Shown piece by piece: positions 38,475-48,189 of a stretch of DNA of 64,000 nt. Below the pieces are notes generated by a model that saw nothing but the letters and a program-made list of their open reading frames with translations, was not told where the DNA came from and ran no database searches. The DNA is from a virus (Duplodnaviria > Heunggongvirae > Uroviricota > Caudoviricetes). The number at the start of each line of letters is the position of its first letter. Positions within the stretch are counted from its first letter, which is position 1. The stretch covers positions 56,848-120,847 of the IMG/VR virus record IMGVR_UViG_3300011008_000036; one strand, 5' to 3'. A program made the position numbers and the translations under genes.

Positions 38475-38621
38475 TGGAATATGAGAATTTACGATTACTT
38501 CCGAAGTTAAATGGTACAACCGTAATTGGTGATAAGCGGTTTGAAGACTATGGTTTAGTTCCAATAACAAGTGAAGAAATGAATGAAATTATGTTAGAAA
38601 CGTTTGGTTTTGTTGTATAAA
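38475..38621 (+). CDS. small ORF (48 aa)
   Basis: TGAGGTG RBS before ATG about 38475; followed by strong terminator; below ORF-track size cutoff. Confidence 0.25.
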
Positions 38622-38631
38622 AAAATTATAA

Positions 38632-38657
38632 GAGTAGGAGCGTTCCTACTCTTATAA
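38632..38657 (+). terminator. hairpin terminator
   Basis: aagagtaggagcg-ttc-ctactctt. Confidence 0.55.
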
Positions 38658-38776
38658 ATTATATTTACAAATATCGACATTTTTACAAATAAAATGATTA
38701 GTTTTACTATGTAATAAACTTTCATTTTTATAATTCAAATTTTTAATTATTATTGAAAAAAGAGGTAGATTTAATA

Positions 38777-39358
38777 ATGACTTTTTTAGAATATCAAAAA
38801 TTAGCAATGAGAACTCAAGCAATCAAAGATAATAAAATAGATATGTTAATACATGCTACATGTGGACTATCTTCTGAACTAGGTGAGATTGTTCAAGTAT
38901 ATAATGATCTCTTATTGAATAATAATGCTATAAATTTATACTCAAGATTAGAATCTGAACTAGGAGATTTTTGTTGGTTTCAAGCCGAATTATGTGAAGC
39001 ATTAGATATTTCATTACATTATCAAGATTTAAATAAAATTGATCAATTGATTTTCTGTGGTGAGAATAATTATTCTCTCGAAAAGATTGGATTTTACATT
39101 AATAAATTAATGATGCTAAATGGAATAATTTCTGGAAATGTTCAGAAAATGTACCAACGAAGAAATTCATATGTTGATAAAGAAAAAATTACTGAAATTT
39201 TATATGTAATGAATGTTATTATAAATACAATAGCTGGTCAATTATTAAATACGAATATTGAAGATATTTGGAATAAGAATATTGAAAAGTTAATGAAACG
39301 ATTTCCAAAAGAATTCGATAAAGAATTAGATGTTCATCGTCAAGAAGGAGATTTATAA
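38777..39358 (+). CDS. mazG: MazG-like nucleoside triphosphate pyrophosphohydrolase
   Basis: AGAGGTAG RBS before ATG 38777; MTFLEYQKLAMRTQ...LIHATCGLSSELGEIVQ (EYQ..A.RT...L.GL.gE.GE MazG signature); ORF track start 38753 in same frame. Confidence 0.65.
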   Translation: MTFLEYQKLAMRTQAIKDNKIDMLIHATCGLSSELGEIVQVYNDLLLNNNAINLYSRLESELGDFCWFQAELCEALDISLHYQDLNKIDQLIFCGENNYSLEKIGFYINKLMMLNGIISGNVQKMYQRRNSYVDKEKITEILYVMNVIINTIAGQLLNTNIEDIWNKNIEKLMKRFPKEFDKELDVHRQEGDL

Positions 39359-39520
39359 ATGCAATCTAATGATAATAATAATTATGTACATAAAAATACT
39401 TTGAACATTATCGGTACTTGTAAACATCTACCCGAAATTCAATTCATTGGTTATAATCCACACAATCCATGGATTGAATATCAAAATTTAATATATTCTA
39501 CAAACACTTTTATTAGATAA
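39359..39520 (+). CDS. small ORF (53 aa)
   Basis: AAGGAG RBS before ATG 39359, directly after mazG stop. Confidence 0.3.
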   Translation: MQSNDNNNYVHKNTLNIIGTCKHLPEIQFIGYNPHNPWIEYQNLIYSTNTFIR

Positions 39521-39535
39521 GGAGCTACATAAATC

Positions 39536-39754
39536 ATGTCACCAATTGTACTATATTCAAATGGTTGTCCACGATGCCATGTGTTACAATCAAAACTAGA
39601 TTCAAAAAATATTAAATATACTAAAATTTCGGATATTAAGGAAATGACTAATTTAGGAATTAGATCAGTTCCCATGCTTAAAGTAAATGACAAACTTATG
39701 GAATTTACCTCTGCTGTAAATTGGGTTAATTCTCAAGAAGAGGTGAATGAATAA
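39536..39754 (+). CDS. nrdH: NrdH/glutaredoxin-like redoxin
   Basis: AGGAGC RBS; MSPIVLYSNGCPRCHVLQSKLDSKNIKYTKI...SVPMLKV: CxxC thioredoxin-fold motif and cis-Pro (VP) element; stop overlaps nrdD start. Confidence 0.6.
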   Translation: MSPIVLYSNGCPRCHVLQSKLDSKNIKYTKISDIKEMTNLGIRSVPMLKVNDKLMEFTSAVNWVNSQEEVNE

Positions 39755-42708
39755 TGGATATCAAAATTAAATGCGATAGAGATTTTGAATTAGCATTAGA
39801 TAATTTACGTCATAAATATGGAGAAGATTTTGAATTCTTGAACGGATTACATGAATCTCAAATTGATACAACTAAATTTATCAATGCATTTATAGACAAG
39901 CATAATGTTGCTGATGCAACAATTGATTCCAATGCTAATGTTATTAATAAAGACATTAGATCATTATTAAATGAAAAGGGAAAATCAGAAGAAAAATTAT
40001 TATGTTATGCAAAAATATTCTATGAAATGAAAAAGAAGTATAGCTTAGCAGTTGCTAGATTATGGTTAGAAGCGGAATGGTCTGGATTATTTTATATGCA
40101 TGACTCATCATCAAGTACATTCCTACCATATTGCTATGCTTATTCATTGGACAGATTAGCAAAGGAAGGATTATTCTTCTTAGGAAATTATAACCACGAA
40201 CCTGCTAAACATTTAACAACATTCCTTGATCATGTCATTGAATATGTATCATTTTTTTCAAATAGATCATCTGGTGCAACAGGTATACCAAATGTTTTAT
40301 TGTGGACATATTATTTTTGGAAACGAGATGTCGAGAATGGATTTTACATGAAAGATCCAATATATTATTTGAAACAATGTTTTCAAAAATTAATTTATCG
40401 ATTGAACCAACCCTTTCTACGTATCACCCAGCCTTCGTTTGTCAACGTGTCAATTTTTGATAAACCTTATTTAGAATCATTATTTGGAGGAATAGAATAT
40501 CCAGATGGTTCTTTTGTTATAGATAATATCGATGAATTAATTAAACATGAAAAAATTTTCATGGAAGTTGTATCATCTATACGCAACGTTAATTTATTTA
40601 CATATCCTGTCCTAACATATTCTGTGTTAAAAAGATCTGATATAAGTAGAGAAGAAAAGTTGGAAATGATTCGCACACACAAATACAATGTTTTTGTAGA
40701 TAAAGAATTTGCAAGATGGTGTTCAGATCACAATGTAAAATGGAATGATTCTAATTTCTTTATATCTTCTGATGTTGGAACTCTTAGTAATTGTTTCAGC
40801 AAAGATCAGTTTGCTTTAATAAAAACAAATGGAGAAATTAAATGTCAAGAATTTGGAAATATTTATTATCAATTAGATTCTCCCAATGTTGAAATATTGA
40901 ATAATGGTGAATGGAAGAAAGCTAAATTTTTACATTTAAATCCAACTCCTCTTTATACAATTAAAACAAACAATGGAAAAGAATTAATTGCAACGGATAA
41001 TCATATTCATGTAACCGATAATGGAGATAAAACAACATTGGAATTATTCAATGATATGTATACAAATGATGTTAAAATCATTTCCAAGTTAAAGAATAAT
41101 CTAAGTATTCATGAAGGAATTAATTCTGATAGTCCATCTGAAATTGCTGGATATATCATTGGAGCATATTTATTAACAGGAAAATCAGAATATAATTCAT
41201 ATATAGGAAAGAATGAATTCTCATTCAATGTATCATCAGATAAATTAAACGAAGTTAAAGAATTCATTACATCAAATAATCAAACATTTAGTATTAGATC
41301 ATCTGATGAATTCAATATGATTGTATCAGCTGCTCCCGAATTTGAAAAATTAATTAATAATTATACAAGTTTTGCATCAATGTCAATTGGTAAAGAATTA
41401 CAAATGAAATGTATAGATGATTCAATAGAATTTAGAAATGCTATTCTTGATGGATTAACTAAAGATGATAAAATTACCATAAATGCAAAAAGATTATGTA
41501 ATGAATTATGTGCTTTAATAACATCTTTGGGTAAAGTTAGTAAAATTGTTACATCTGACTGTAATGATCCTGATTGTGATGAAAATAATTTAACTTATAC
41601 AATTGAAATTTTAGAAAATGAAGAATGGGATGAAATTACATCAATTGAACTCTTAGAATTAAGACAACCTGAAAAACTTGTGTATTGCGTTGAAGTTTTA
41701 GACGATCCGTATTTTGTTCTACCAAATGGTATCCAAACACACAATTGTTGTAGATTACTTAGTGACACTAAGAAACTTGATGCATTTATAAACTCAATTG
41801 GTGGAACTGCATTAAGCATTGGATCTGTAAAAGTTAATACAATCAATTTGATGAGAATTGCACTTGAAAGTCCAAAGAATAATAATTCATCTGATATTAA
41901 AGAAAAATATTCCATCTTCTTAAATAATTTAAGAAATAAAACAACATTATGTTGTCAGGTACTAGATGTTGTGAGACACATTATACAACGAAATGTTGAA
42001 AAAGGTTTACTTCCAAATTATTGTGAAGGAGGAATTGAAATCGATAAACAATACTGTACAATCGGTATTCTTGGATCTTATGAAGTAATGAATCATTATG
42101 GATTAATCAATTTTGATGAATTTGGAAATGCTTCATATACTGATGAAGCTATTGATTTAGCTACTGAAATGTTTAAAGTTCTTAATGATGTAAAAGATAA
42201 TTTCACTAAGGATTATTCATTTAATATTGAAAGCGTTCCAGCTGAGAGAGCAGCAGTAATACTTTGTCAAAAAGATAATAAATTGTATCCTGAATCAGCA
42301 ACTACATTCATATATTCAAATCAATGGATACCGTTAATGCAGAAATGTACAATAAATGAAAAATTAAGAGTTAGTAGTATATTAGATGCAAAATGCTCAG
42401 GTGGGGCAATTGCTCATATCAATTTAGAAAACAATTTCCCTGATAATGATGCAGCTTGGGAAATGCTAAATAAAATTGCGTTGTCGGATGTAATATATTT
42501 TGCATTCAATACTAGATTAAATGAATGCAAAAATTTCCACGGATTTGTTGGAACAGATCATTGTCCAATTTGTGGAGAAGAAGTATATGATACATATCAA
42601 CGTATTGTTGGATATTTAACACCAAGCAGATCCTACTCATCAGACAGGTTAAAAGAATTTAATACTAGAAGATGGTATGAATACGCATCAGAATTAAAAG
42701 AATTTTAA
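39754..42708 (+). CDS. nrdD: anaerobic ribonucleoside-triphosphate reductase NrdD, interrupted by an intein
   Basis: C-extein CCRLLSD...GSVKVNTINLMRIALES (cf T4 NrdD GCRSFLS...GVVTLNLPRIALDS), SVPAERA (cf STPAENL), zinc ribbon HCPICGEE, glycyl-radical tail QRIVGYLTPSRSYSSDRLKEFNTRRWY (cf RVCGYLG). Confidence 0.8.
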   Translation: MDIKIKCDRDFELALDNLRHKYGEDFEFLNGLHESQIDTTKFINAFIDKHNVADATIDSNANVINKDIRSLLNEKGKSEEKLLCYAKIFYEMKKKYSLAVARLWLEAEWSGLFYMHDSSSSTFLPYCYAYSLDRLAKEGLFFLGNYNHEPAKHLTTFLDHVIEYVSFFSNRSSGATGIPNVLLWTYYFWKRDVENGFYMKDPIYYLKQCFQKLIYRLNQPFLRITQPSFVNVSIFDKPYLESLFGGIEYPDGSFVIDNIDELIKHEKIFMEVVSSIRNVNLFTYPVLTYSVLKRSDISREEKLEMIRTHKYNVFVDKEFARWCSDHNVKWNDSNFFISSDVGTLSNCFSKDQFALIKTNGEIKCQEFGNIYYQLDSPNVEILNNGEWKKAKFLHLNPTPLYTIKTNNGKELIATDNHIHVTDNGDKTTLELFNDMYTNDVKIISKLKNNLSIHEGINSDSPSEIAGYIIGAYLLTGKSEYNSYIGKNEFSFNVSSDKLNEVKEFITSNNQTFSIRSSDEFNMIVSAAPEFEKLINNYTSFASMSIGKELQMKCIDDSIEFRNAILDGLTKDDKITINAKRLCNELCALITSLGKVSKIVTSDCNDPDCDENNLTYTIEILENEEWDEITSIELLELRQPEKLVYCVEVLDDPYFVLPNGIQTHNCCRLLSDTKKLDAFINSIGGTALSIGSVKVNTINLMRIALESPKNNNSSDIKEKYSIFLNNLRNKTTLCCQVLDVVRHIIQRNVEKGLLPNYCEGGIEIDKQYCTIGILGSYEVMNHYGLINFDEFGNASYTDEAIDLATEMFKVLNDVKDNFTKDYSFNIESVPAERAAVILCQKDNKLYPESATTFIYSNQWIPLMQKCTINEKLRVSSILDAKCSGGAIAHINLENNFPDNDAAWEMLNKIALSDVIYFAFNTRLNECKNFHGFVGTDHCPICGEEVYDTYQRIVGYLTPSRSYSSDRLKEFNTRRWYEYASELKEF
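40792..41745 (+). mobile_element. intein (318 aa, full-size with probable degenerate LAGLIDADG endonuclease domain) inside nrdD
   Basis: Block A-like start CFSKDQFALIKTNGEIK right after ...GTLSN; ends VLPNGIQTHN followed by extein CCRL; internal IAGYIIGAYLLTGKS and ILDGLTKDD resemble LAGLIDADG pair. Confidence 0.65.
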
Positions 42709-42711
42709 AAT

Positions 42712-42722
42712 AATGATATATT
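42712..42722 (+). promoter_or_regulatory. AATGATATATT motif copy
   Basis: 4 nt after nrdD stop, immediately before hairpin 42733-42762; 79 nt before nrdG. Confidence 0.35.
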
Positions 42723-42732
42723 ATTACATTAT

Positions 42733-42762
42733 ACAAGAAGAGCTTGATATAGCTCTTCTTGT
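42733..42762 (+). terminator. hairpin after nrdD
   Basis: acaagaagagct-tgatat-agctcttcttgt. Confidence 0.5.
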
Positions 42763-42800
42763 ATAAATATTTTAAATAAAAGAAAGAGATGTGAAATAAA

Positions 42801-43280
42801 ATGAAAATTAAAAATTTATTGGATGAAGATTTTATTAATTATAGAAAACCTTCATTATTTATTGGAACATGCCAATGTGATTTTAAATGTTTCAAAGAAT
42901 TAAATTTATCAAATGAAATATGTGCCAATTATGAATTATCAAAATCTAAATGTATTGATATTGATGATGAAGAAATTGTTAAACGCTATATAAATAATGT
43001 GTATACTGAAGCAATTGTAATTGGTGGAATGGAACCATTTCTACAGTTTGATGAATTGATAAATCTAATTAAAAAATTTAGATTAAAAACAAATGATACA
43101 ATTATTATTTATACAGGATACTATAAAGAAGAAATTCTTGATAAAATAAATCAATTAAAAATGTATGAGAATATAATTGTAAAATTTGGTAGATACATAC
43201 CTAATGACAAAGAAAATTATGATGACATTTTAGGAATTTATCTGGCATCAAGTAATCAATATGCTGAAAAGATTTCATAA
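42801..43280 (+). CDS. nrdG: probable anaerobic RNR activating protein NrdG (small phage type)
   Basis: Position immediately after nrdD; 159 aa like T4 NrdG; Cys cluster GTCQCDFKC near N-terminus (CxCxxxC, not the canonical CxxxCxxC) and VIGGMEPF (cf LTGGDPL). Confidence 0.5.
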   Translation: MKIKNLLDEDFINYRKPSLFIGTCQCDFKCFKELNLSNEICANYELSKSKCIDIDDEEIVKRYINNVYTEAIVIGGMEPFLQFDELINLIKKFRLKTNDTIIIYTGYYKEEILDKINQLKMYENIIVKFGRYIPNDKENYDDILGIYLASSNQYAEKIS

Positions 43281-43297
43281 AAAGTAGTCATTTTTTC

Positions 43298-43308
43298 AAT
43301 GATATATT
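43298..43308 (+). promoter_or_regulatory. AATGATATATT motif copy
   Basis: 18 nt after nrdG stop; aatgatatattctaatgtagtat; 87 nt before ATG 43395. Confidence 0.35.
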
Positions 43309-43394
43309 CTAATGTAGTATAAATAGGGTTGATAAAAAGTTTATCTATATATCACTCTTATTTATAAAAATATAATTCTCAGGAGGAAGTAAGT

Positions 43395-43691
43395 ATGAAA
43401 ATAATTTCTACAATAGCGGAATATTACGTTGCTAATGGTACAGTTCTATGGAGTTCAATGACTTATTATCTCGAATTGGCAATTCTCCCAATTGCAATAT
43501 TAGTTGCTTTACAATTAATAAAAGAACTCTCACACTTATCAAATTACAGGAATCAAAAATTAGATACTCTAAATAAAAGTATTTTCGGATTAACGTCTGA
43601 TATTGCTTGGGGATTAATTTTAATTAGTTGGGTAAAATTTCTAATCGCAATTTGTTGTTGTTTTGTAAATTTTATTTATAGATTATTTTAA
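43395..43691 (+). CDS. small integral membrane protein (about 3 TM)
   Basis: AGGAGGAAG RBS; hydrophobic helices LELAILPIAILVALQLI and WGLILISWVKFLIAICCCFVNFIY. Confidence 0.45.
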   Translation: MKIISTIAEYYVANGTVLWSSMTYYLELAILPIAILVALQLIKELSHLSNYRNQKLDTLNKSIFGLTSDIAWGLILISWVKFLIAICCCFVNFIYRLF

Positions 43692-43708
43692 TTAATATAT
43701 AAAAATTA

Positions 43709-43742
43709 TTATGGGATTATGTAATATTACATAATCCCATAA
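43709..43742 (+). terminator. hairpin
   Basis: ttatgggattatgt-aatatt-acataatcccataa. Confidence 0.45.
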
Positions 43743-43799
43743 ATTTTATTTCACAAAGATTAATCTAAATTAAAAAATAAAATATGGAGGAAAAGAATT

Positions 43800-44570
43800 A
43801 TGAGTAAGAAAATTAAAAATTTAAAAGACGAAGATTTTAATGATAACGTAATTAGAGGTATTGATTTAGCAGATAATTTAATTGCAAGACTCATTAAAAA
43901 TGAAGCAACTGCTCAGAAAATTTTAAAAGATTATGCAAATACAGACTATGATAAACCTGAAGAATGTGTTGAAGATTATGTGTTAAATATACATAAACAA
44001 ATATGTTATGATAATGCAAATTTAGTTAATCTTTGCAAATTACTCTCTATAGATTTTGAAAAAGATCTTGATGATAATCTTACCATAAATAATTTATTTA
44101 CTCTTTGTGGTAGAGGCACAAAATATACACATATCAAATTAGCATTATTTGATATGAATGTTAATCATTATCTTTTCTATGATATTGTTTCTTCAAAATA
44201 TTTCATAAGAATTAAATTAATTTATGGAGAAGATAATTATGTACCAAACGACATTCCCATTGAAGTTGAAATAAGTTTATCTCATGATTCTGCATATGCT
44301 ATAGTTAAAGCAGAATTTTTAGATAATGGATATTATCAAAGATATTATTTCTACACAAATGCAAGAAATAATTATTCAATATATTATAATGGTATTGGTC
44401 CTGAATCTATAATTCATAAACAAGCATTACATACTTTTACAGAAATTTTATTTAAAGGACTGCAAACAAAGTGGATTCGTTTCAGTGAAGATGGTGTTCC
44501 AGTAATTGAAACAGAATTCGATAAAATTGCTTTTAGAAGAGATTCACATTTCGTAGTAAGAAAGGATTAA
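43800..44570 (+). CDS. hypothetical protein
   Basis: TGGAGGAAA RBS; 256 aa. Confidence 0.45.
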   Translation: MSKKIKNLKDEDFNDNVIRGIDLADNLIARLIKNEATAQKILKDYANTDYDKPEECVEDYVLNIHKQICYDNANLVNLCKLLSIDFEKDLDDNLTINNLFTLCGRGTKYTHIKLALFDMNVNHYLFYDIVSSKYFIRIKLIYGEDNYVPNDIPIEVEISLSHDSAYAIVKAEFLDNGYYQRYYFYTNARNNYSIYYNGIGPESIIHKQALHTFTEILFKGLQTKWIRFSEDGVPVIETEFDKIAFRRDSHFVVRKD

Positions 44571-44576
44571 ATAACA

Positions 44577-45416
44577 ATGAGAAATTATGAAACTATTTTA
44601 AGAAGATTACAAATATTTGGATATGTTGCGCTAGCAATATTTATCATTGTTGGAATTTCTTCACTAACTACATTAACAATTATTAGTGAAGGATATGTTG
44701 GCGTAAAATATAGATTTGGAACGATCATAGCTGAAGGATTAACTCCTGGAGCTCATATCAAATTTCCATTGATTGATGGAATTGAAATAATTGATATAAC
44801 AGAACAAGCTAAGGATTATTCTGAATCATGTTATACAAAAGATATCCAAACAGTTGAAAATATTGCATTAAAAGTAAATTATAAATATGACTTGAATAAA
44901 CTTTCATATTTAATTCGAAATGTTGGAATTCGTAATGTTGAAAGTAAAATTGTCAAACCACAAGTAGAAAGTATTTTGAAAAATGAAATTGGTAAATATA
45001 AAGGTGAAGAATTAATTTCGAATAGAACAGTAATACAACAATCGGTTGAAAATCAACTTAGAAAAAATCTTGATTCATATGGAATTAATATCGTCAGTAT
45101 AAATATCAAGAATATCGATTTTGATGATACTTTTGAAAAAGTTATATCGGAAAAGGTTGCCGCTGAACAACAACTATTAACAGCTAAGACAGAAGCTGAG
45201 AAATTAAAAGTTGCTTCACAGGGAACTGCTGATGCGAAAAAGATTGAAGCGGATGCTGAAGCATATAGTATTCAAGTTGTTAACGATGCAATTAAAGCAT
45301 TAGATTCAGATTCTTATGTTAGATTACAATGGATCAATAAATGGAATGGACAACTTCCAACTGGAATTATTGATAACACATCCATTCTTTATGATATTGG
45401 CCAAGGTAAAAAATAA
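44577..45416 (+). CDS. SPFH/band-7 (stomatin/prohibitin/HflK-like) membrane protein
   Basis: N-terminal TM YVALAIFIIVGISSL then GYVGVKYRFGTIIAEGLTPGAHIKFPLIDGIEIIDITEQA...VSINIKNIDFDDTFEKVISEKVAAEQQLLTAKTEAEKLKVASQGTADAKKIEADAEAYSIQVV typical band-7 core plus coiled-coil tail. Confidence 0.65.
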   Translation: MRNYETILRRLQIFGYVALAIFIIVGISSLTTLTIISEGYVGVKYRFGTIIAEGLTPGAHIKFPLIDGIEIIDITEQAKDYSESCYTKDIQTVENIALKVNYKYDLNKLSYLIRNVGIRNVESKIVKPQVESILKNEIGKYKGEELISNRTVIQQSVENQLRKNLDSYGINIVSINIKNIDFDDTFEKVISEKVAAEQQLLTAKTEAEKLKVASQGTADAKKIEADAEAYSIQVVNDAIKALDSDSYVRLQWINKWNGQLPTGIIDNTSILYDIGQGKK

Positions 45417-45437
45417 TATGTTAATTGTATATTAACA
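45417..45437 (+). terminator. short palindromic hairpin after SPFH gene
   Basis: atgttaat-tgtat-attaacat followed by A/T runs. Confidence 0.3.
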
Positions 45438-45485
45438 TTATTAATTAAAAAAAAAAAATATTACTCAGAAAAGGAGATATTTAAA

Positions 45486-46187
45486 ATGTTAGGTTCTTAT
45501 GTAATTAATGTTGCCGTAAATTCATTCCCCCAGAAAGTAGCTTCAGGTTTTGAAAAAGTATTTGAAGGTTTTGTTGGTGCCAGATACACACCCATTGCTT
45601 ATTTAGGTTCACAGCTTGTTAGTAATTCAACAAATCATGCAATACTTTGCGAACAGAATCTTGTAACAGCCACAGATGTTAAAGGCATTGCACTTGTAAT
45701 TCTTAATGAAAAAGCAGGTGATGTTAGAGGTGAAACTCTTTCATTAGTTGAAATTAAAACTTGCTTATCAGATAAAGGTTCTGCAAAACTTGGTGGAATT
45801 ACAATTGCTCCTTCAACAGAAATTTCAGAAACCGCTATGAAAGTATTTAATAAACACTTTGGTGGTTTGTTGGGAGCAACAAATAAACCATTTGCTGTAC
45901 TTGCAACTCAGATTGTTAATGGTGTAGCTTATTTCTTTGCAGTCGAATCCACTATGTTTGTTTCACCCACAAGTGATAATGGATTTGTTCTTTCAGCGGG
46001 AAATACTAAATCAATTAATATTGTAAAAGTTTACAGTAATTTTGATGAAATCCAAACCATTCCTGTTCTTGAAGGAGCAGCACCTGCAGAAAAGGATGAT
46101 ACATCAGAAACTTCTGCTGATGAAACACTTGGTAAAGTTTTAGCAGATAATAAAAAAGCTACACTTAAATATGCTTTCAACTGGTAA
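45486..46187 (+). CDS. hypothetical protein with two tandem homologous about 90-aa domains; atypical (higher-GC, Ala/Gly/Val-rich) composition
   Basis: AAAGGAG RBS; halves LGSQLVSNSTNHAILCEQNLVTATDVKGIALVILNEKAGDVRGETLSLVEIK and LATQIVNGVAYFFAVESTMFVSPTSDNGFVLSAGNTKSINIVKVY align; codons such as GCC, CCC, GGC unusual for this window. Confidence 0.45.
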   Translation: MLGSYVINVAVNSFPQKVASGFEKVFEGFVGARYTPIAYLGSQLVSNSTNHAILCEQNLVTATDVKGIALVILNEKAGDVRGETLSLVEIKTCLSDKGSAKLGGITIAPSTEISETAMKVFNKHFGGLLGATNKPFAVLATQIVNGVAYFFAVESTMFVSPTSDNGFVLSAGNTKSINIVKVYSNFDEIQTIPVLEGAAPAEKDDTSETSADETLGKVLADNKKATLKYAFNW

Positions 46188-46206
46188 TGAATAACACATT
46201 AAATAT

Positions 46207-46234
46207 TTCTCTAACGTTACGTTAGAGAAATATT
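46207..46234 (+). terminator. hairpin terminator
   Basis: atttctctaacg-ttac-gttagagaaat then T-run. Confidence 0.55.
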
Positions 46235-46348
46235 TTTTATTCTTTTTTATCTTAGTTATCGATCTCAATCTTATGAGACATTGACAGCAGTCGATATATT
46301 TCTAATTAGTTCAATATGTCTAGTTGACAATTCAGGAGGTCAAACATT

Positions 46349-47929
46349 ATGAATTTTAATTTTATACAAGCAGTATTTTGTGAAACAAATAAGAAAACAA
46401 CTGAAAATGGTGCTTTGGGATATCGTACAACAGGTAAACAGTTATTAGATATCAACTTTATGATTCCACAACTTCGTAACATGACTGATGATGAATTATT
46501 TTTAAAATGGAATAATGTTGTTTGTGAAAATCCAACATTAGCATATAGATGGTTATTCTTTCTAAGAGATGTTCGAAATGGTGTTGGTGAACGACAAACA
46601 TTTCGAAGAATTATTGAAAATATTGTCAAAAATAATTCACTAGCAGCTAAGTTGTTAATTCATGAACGAATTGGCGATGAATATTTAATACCATATTATG
46701 GAAGATGGGATGACTTAATCAACCTAGTTAAGTTTGATGATATTTCCGATTCTGTTTGTGAAGTTATATATGATCAAATTACACATGATAAATCTAACAA
46801 AGATATGAATAAACCAATTTCGTTATTGGCGAAATGGCTTCCTAGTATTAATACTTCAAGTAAAGAAATAAGAAAGCTTGCTAAAAAAATTTGTTCTAAA
46901 CTCAATATAAGTGAAAAAGAATATAGAAAAACTTTAAGTTCATTGCGTTCATATCTTGATGTGGTTGAACAGAAAATGTCTGCTAATGAATGGGATAAAA
47001 TTAACTATGAATCAGTTCCATCTAAAGCTAATTTAAAATATGCAAATGCTTTCATGAATCATGATGAGAAAAGACGTAAGGAATATTTAGAAGCACTTAA
47101 AAATGGTAAAGCTAAGATAAATTCTTCTGTTGCATTCCCACATGAAATCATTCATGCAATGCTCCAGCATACAGATGTTACCACGTATGATGAAATGTGG
47201 AAAGCTCTTCCAAATAAAGTAGTTAATCCAAATAGTAGAACTATGGTAATTTGTGATGGTTCTGGATCAATGAATAGCAATATTCCAAATAGTAATATTA
47301 CAGCAATGGAAGTATCAAATGCATTAGCAATTTATTTTGCTGAACGTTTGGAAGGAGATTTTCATAATAAATTTATAACTTTTGGAGCAAAACCACAGTT
47401 TGTTGATATTAGTAATTATGGTAATATTTATAATAAATATCAATATGCTAGAATATTTAATGATTGTAGTAATACAAATCTTGAAGCAGTATTTGATTTA
47501 ATTCTTAATACAGCTATCAAGAATCAGATGTTCCAAGAAGATCTTCCAACTAATTTATTATTCATATCCGATATGGAATTTGATGAAGGTGTTGGAATAG
47601 GAGATTATACATCTAATTGGTATAATGAACAAAAAAGTCCAACTCAATTATTACATGAAAATAGACTGCTCGATACAATTGCTGAGAAGTATGAACGATA
47701 TGGTTATAAAATTCCACGAATAATATTCTGGAACGTTAACAGTAGGAGTGGAACAATTCCTATGATTGAAAATGATCTTGGAATTGTTTTAATATCTGGA
47801 TATTCCACAAATCTTGCCAGTATGATCATGAATGAAGAAACAGATCCATATAAATGTTTAGTTAATCAATTAATGGATCCAAGATACGATCCTATTGAAA
47901 ATTTATTAAATAAATATTATAGTAAATAA
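46349..47929 (+). CDS. TROVE-like (DUF2828) + von Willebrand A domain protein (Ro60-like)
   Basis: CAGGAGGT RBS; N-terminal ENGALGYRTTGKQLLDINF...LAYRWLFFLRDVRNGVGERQTFRRI typical of DUF2828/TROVE; C-terminal MIDAS motif MVICDGSGSMNS (DxSxS) in vWA fold. Confidence 0.55.
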   Translation: MNFNFIQAVFCETNKKTTENGALGYRTTGKQLLDINFMIPQLRNMTDDELFLKWNNVVCENPTLAYRWLFFLRDVRNGVGERQTFRRIIENIVKNNSLAAKLLIHERIGDEYLIPYYGRWDDLINLVKFDDISDSVCEVIYDQITHDKSNKDMNKPISLLAKWLPSINTSSKEIRKLAKKICSKLNISEKEYRKTLSSLRSYLDVVEQKMSANEWDKINYESVPSKANLKYANAFMNHDEKRRKEYLEALKNGKAKINSSVAFPHEIIHAMLQHTDVTTYDEMWKALPNKVVNPNSRTMVICDGSGSMNSNIPNSNITAMEVSNALAIYFAERLEGDFHNKFITFGAKPQFVDISNYGNIYNKYQYARIFNDCSNTNLEAVFDLILNTAIKNQMFQEDLPTNLLFISDMEFDEGVGIGDYTSNWYNEQKSPTQLLHENRLLDTIAEKYERYGYKIPRIIFWNVNSRSGTIPMIENDLGIVLISGYSTNLASMIMNEETDPYKCLVNQLMDPRYDPIENLLNKYYSK

Positions 47930-47941
47930 AATATTGAAATT

Positions 47942-47970
47942 AAGTGAGAGATTATATAATCTCTCACTTA
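47942..47970 (+). terminator. hairpin terminator
   Basis: aagtgagagatta-tat-aatctctcactt. Confidence 0.55.
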
Positions 47971-48189
47971 ATTCTTTATCAATAACTTAGGTAAGTAAAA
48001 AATGGATAAAGAAAAAGAATTGGAAAGATTAAATATCAAATTGGGTGATCCAATCAAAATTTCAACCAATAGGATATTTCCCAAGAAAAAATATTATATA
48101 ACTCCAAAGAATGAAATTCTAATCAATGAATTAAAAAGTGAAATTGATGGATTGTATTAAATATTTAATATACAGAAAGGATTTAAAAA

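Noticed and set aside
46306-46629. 107-aa - strand ORF overlapping the start of the TROVE-vWA gene
   Set aside because: Antisense to a strongly supported gene and its RBS; no translation signals.
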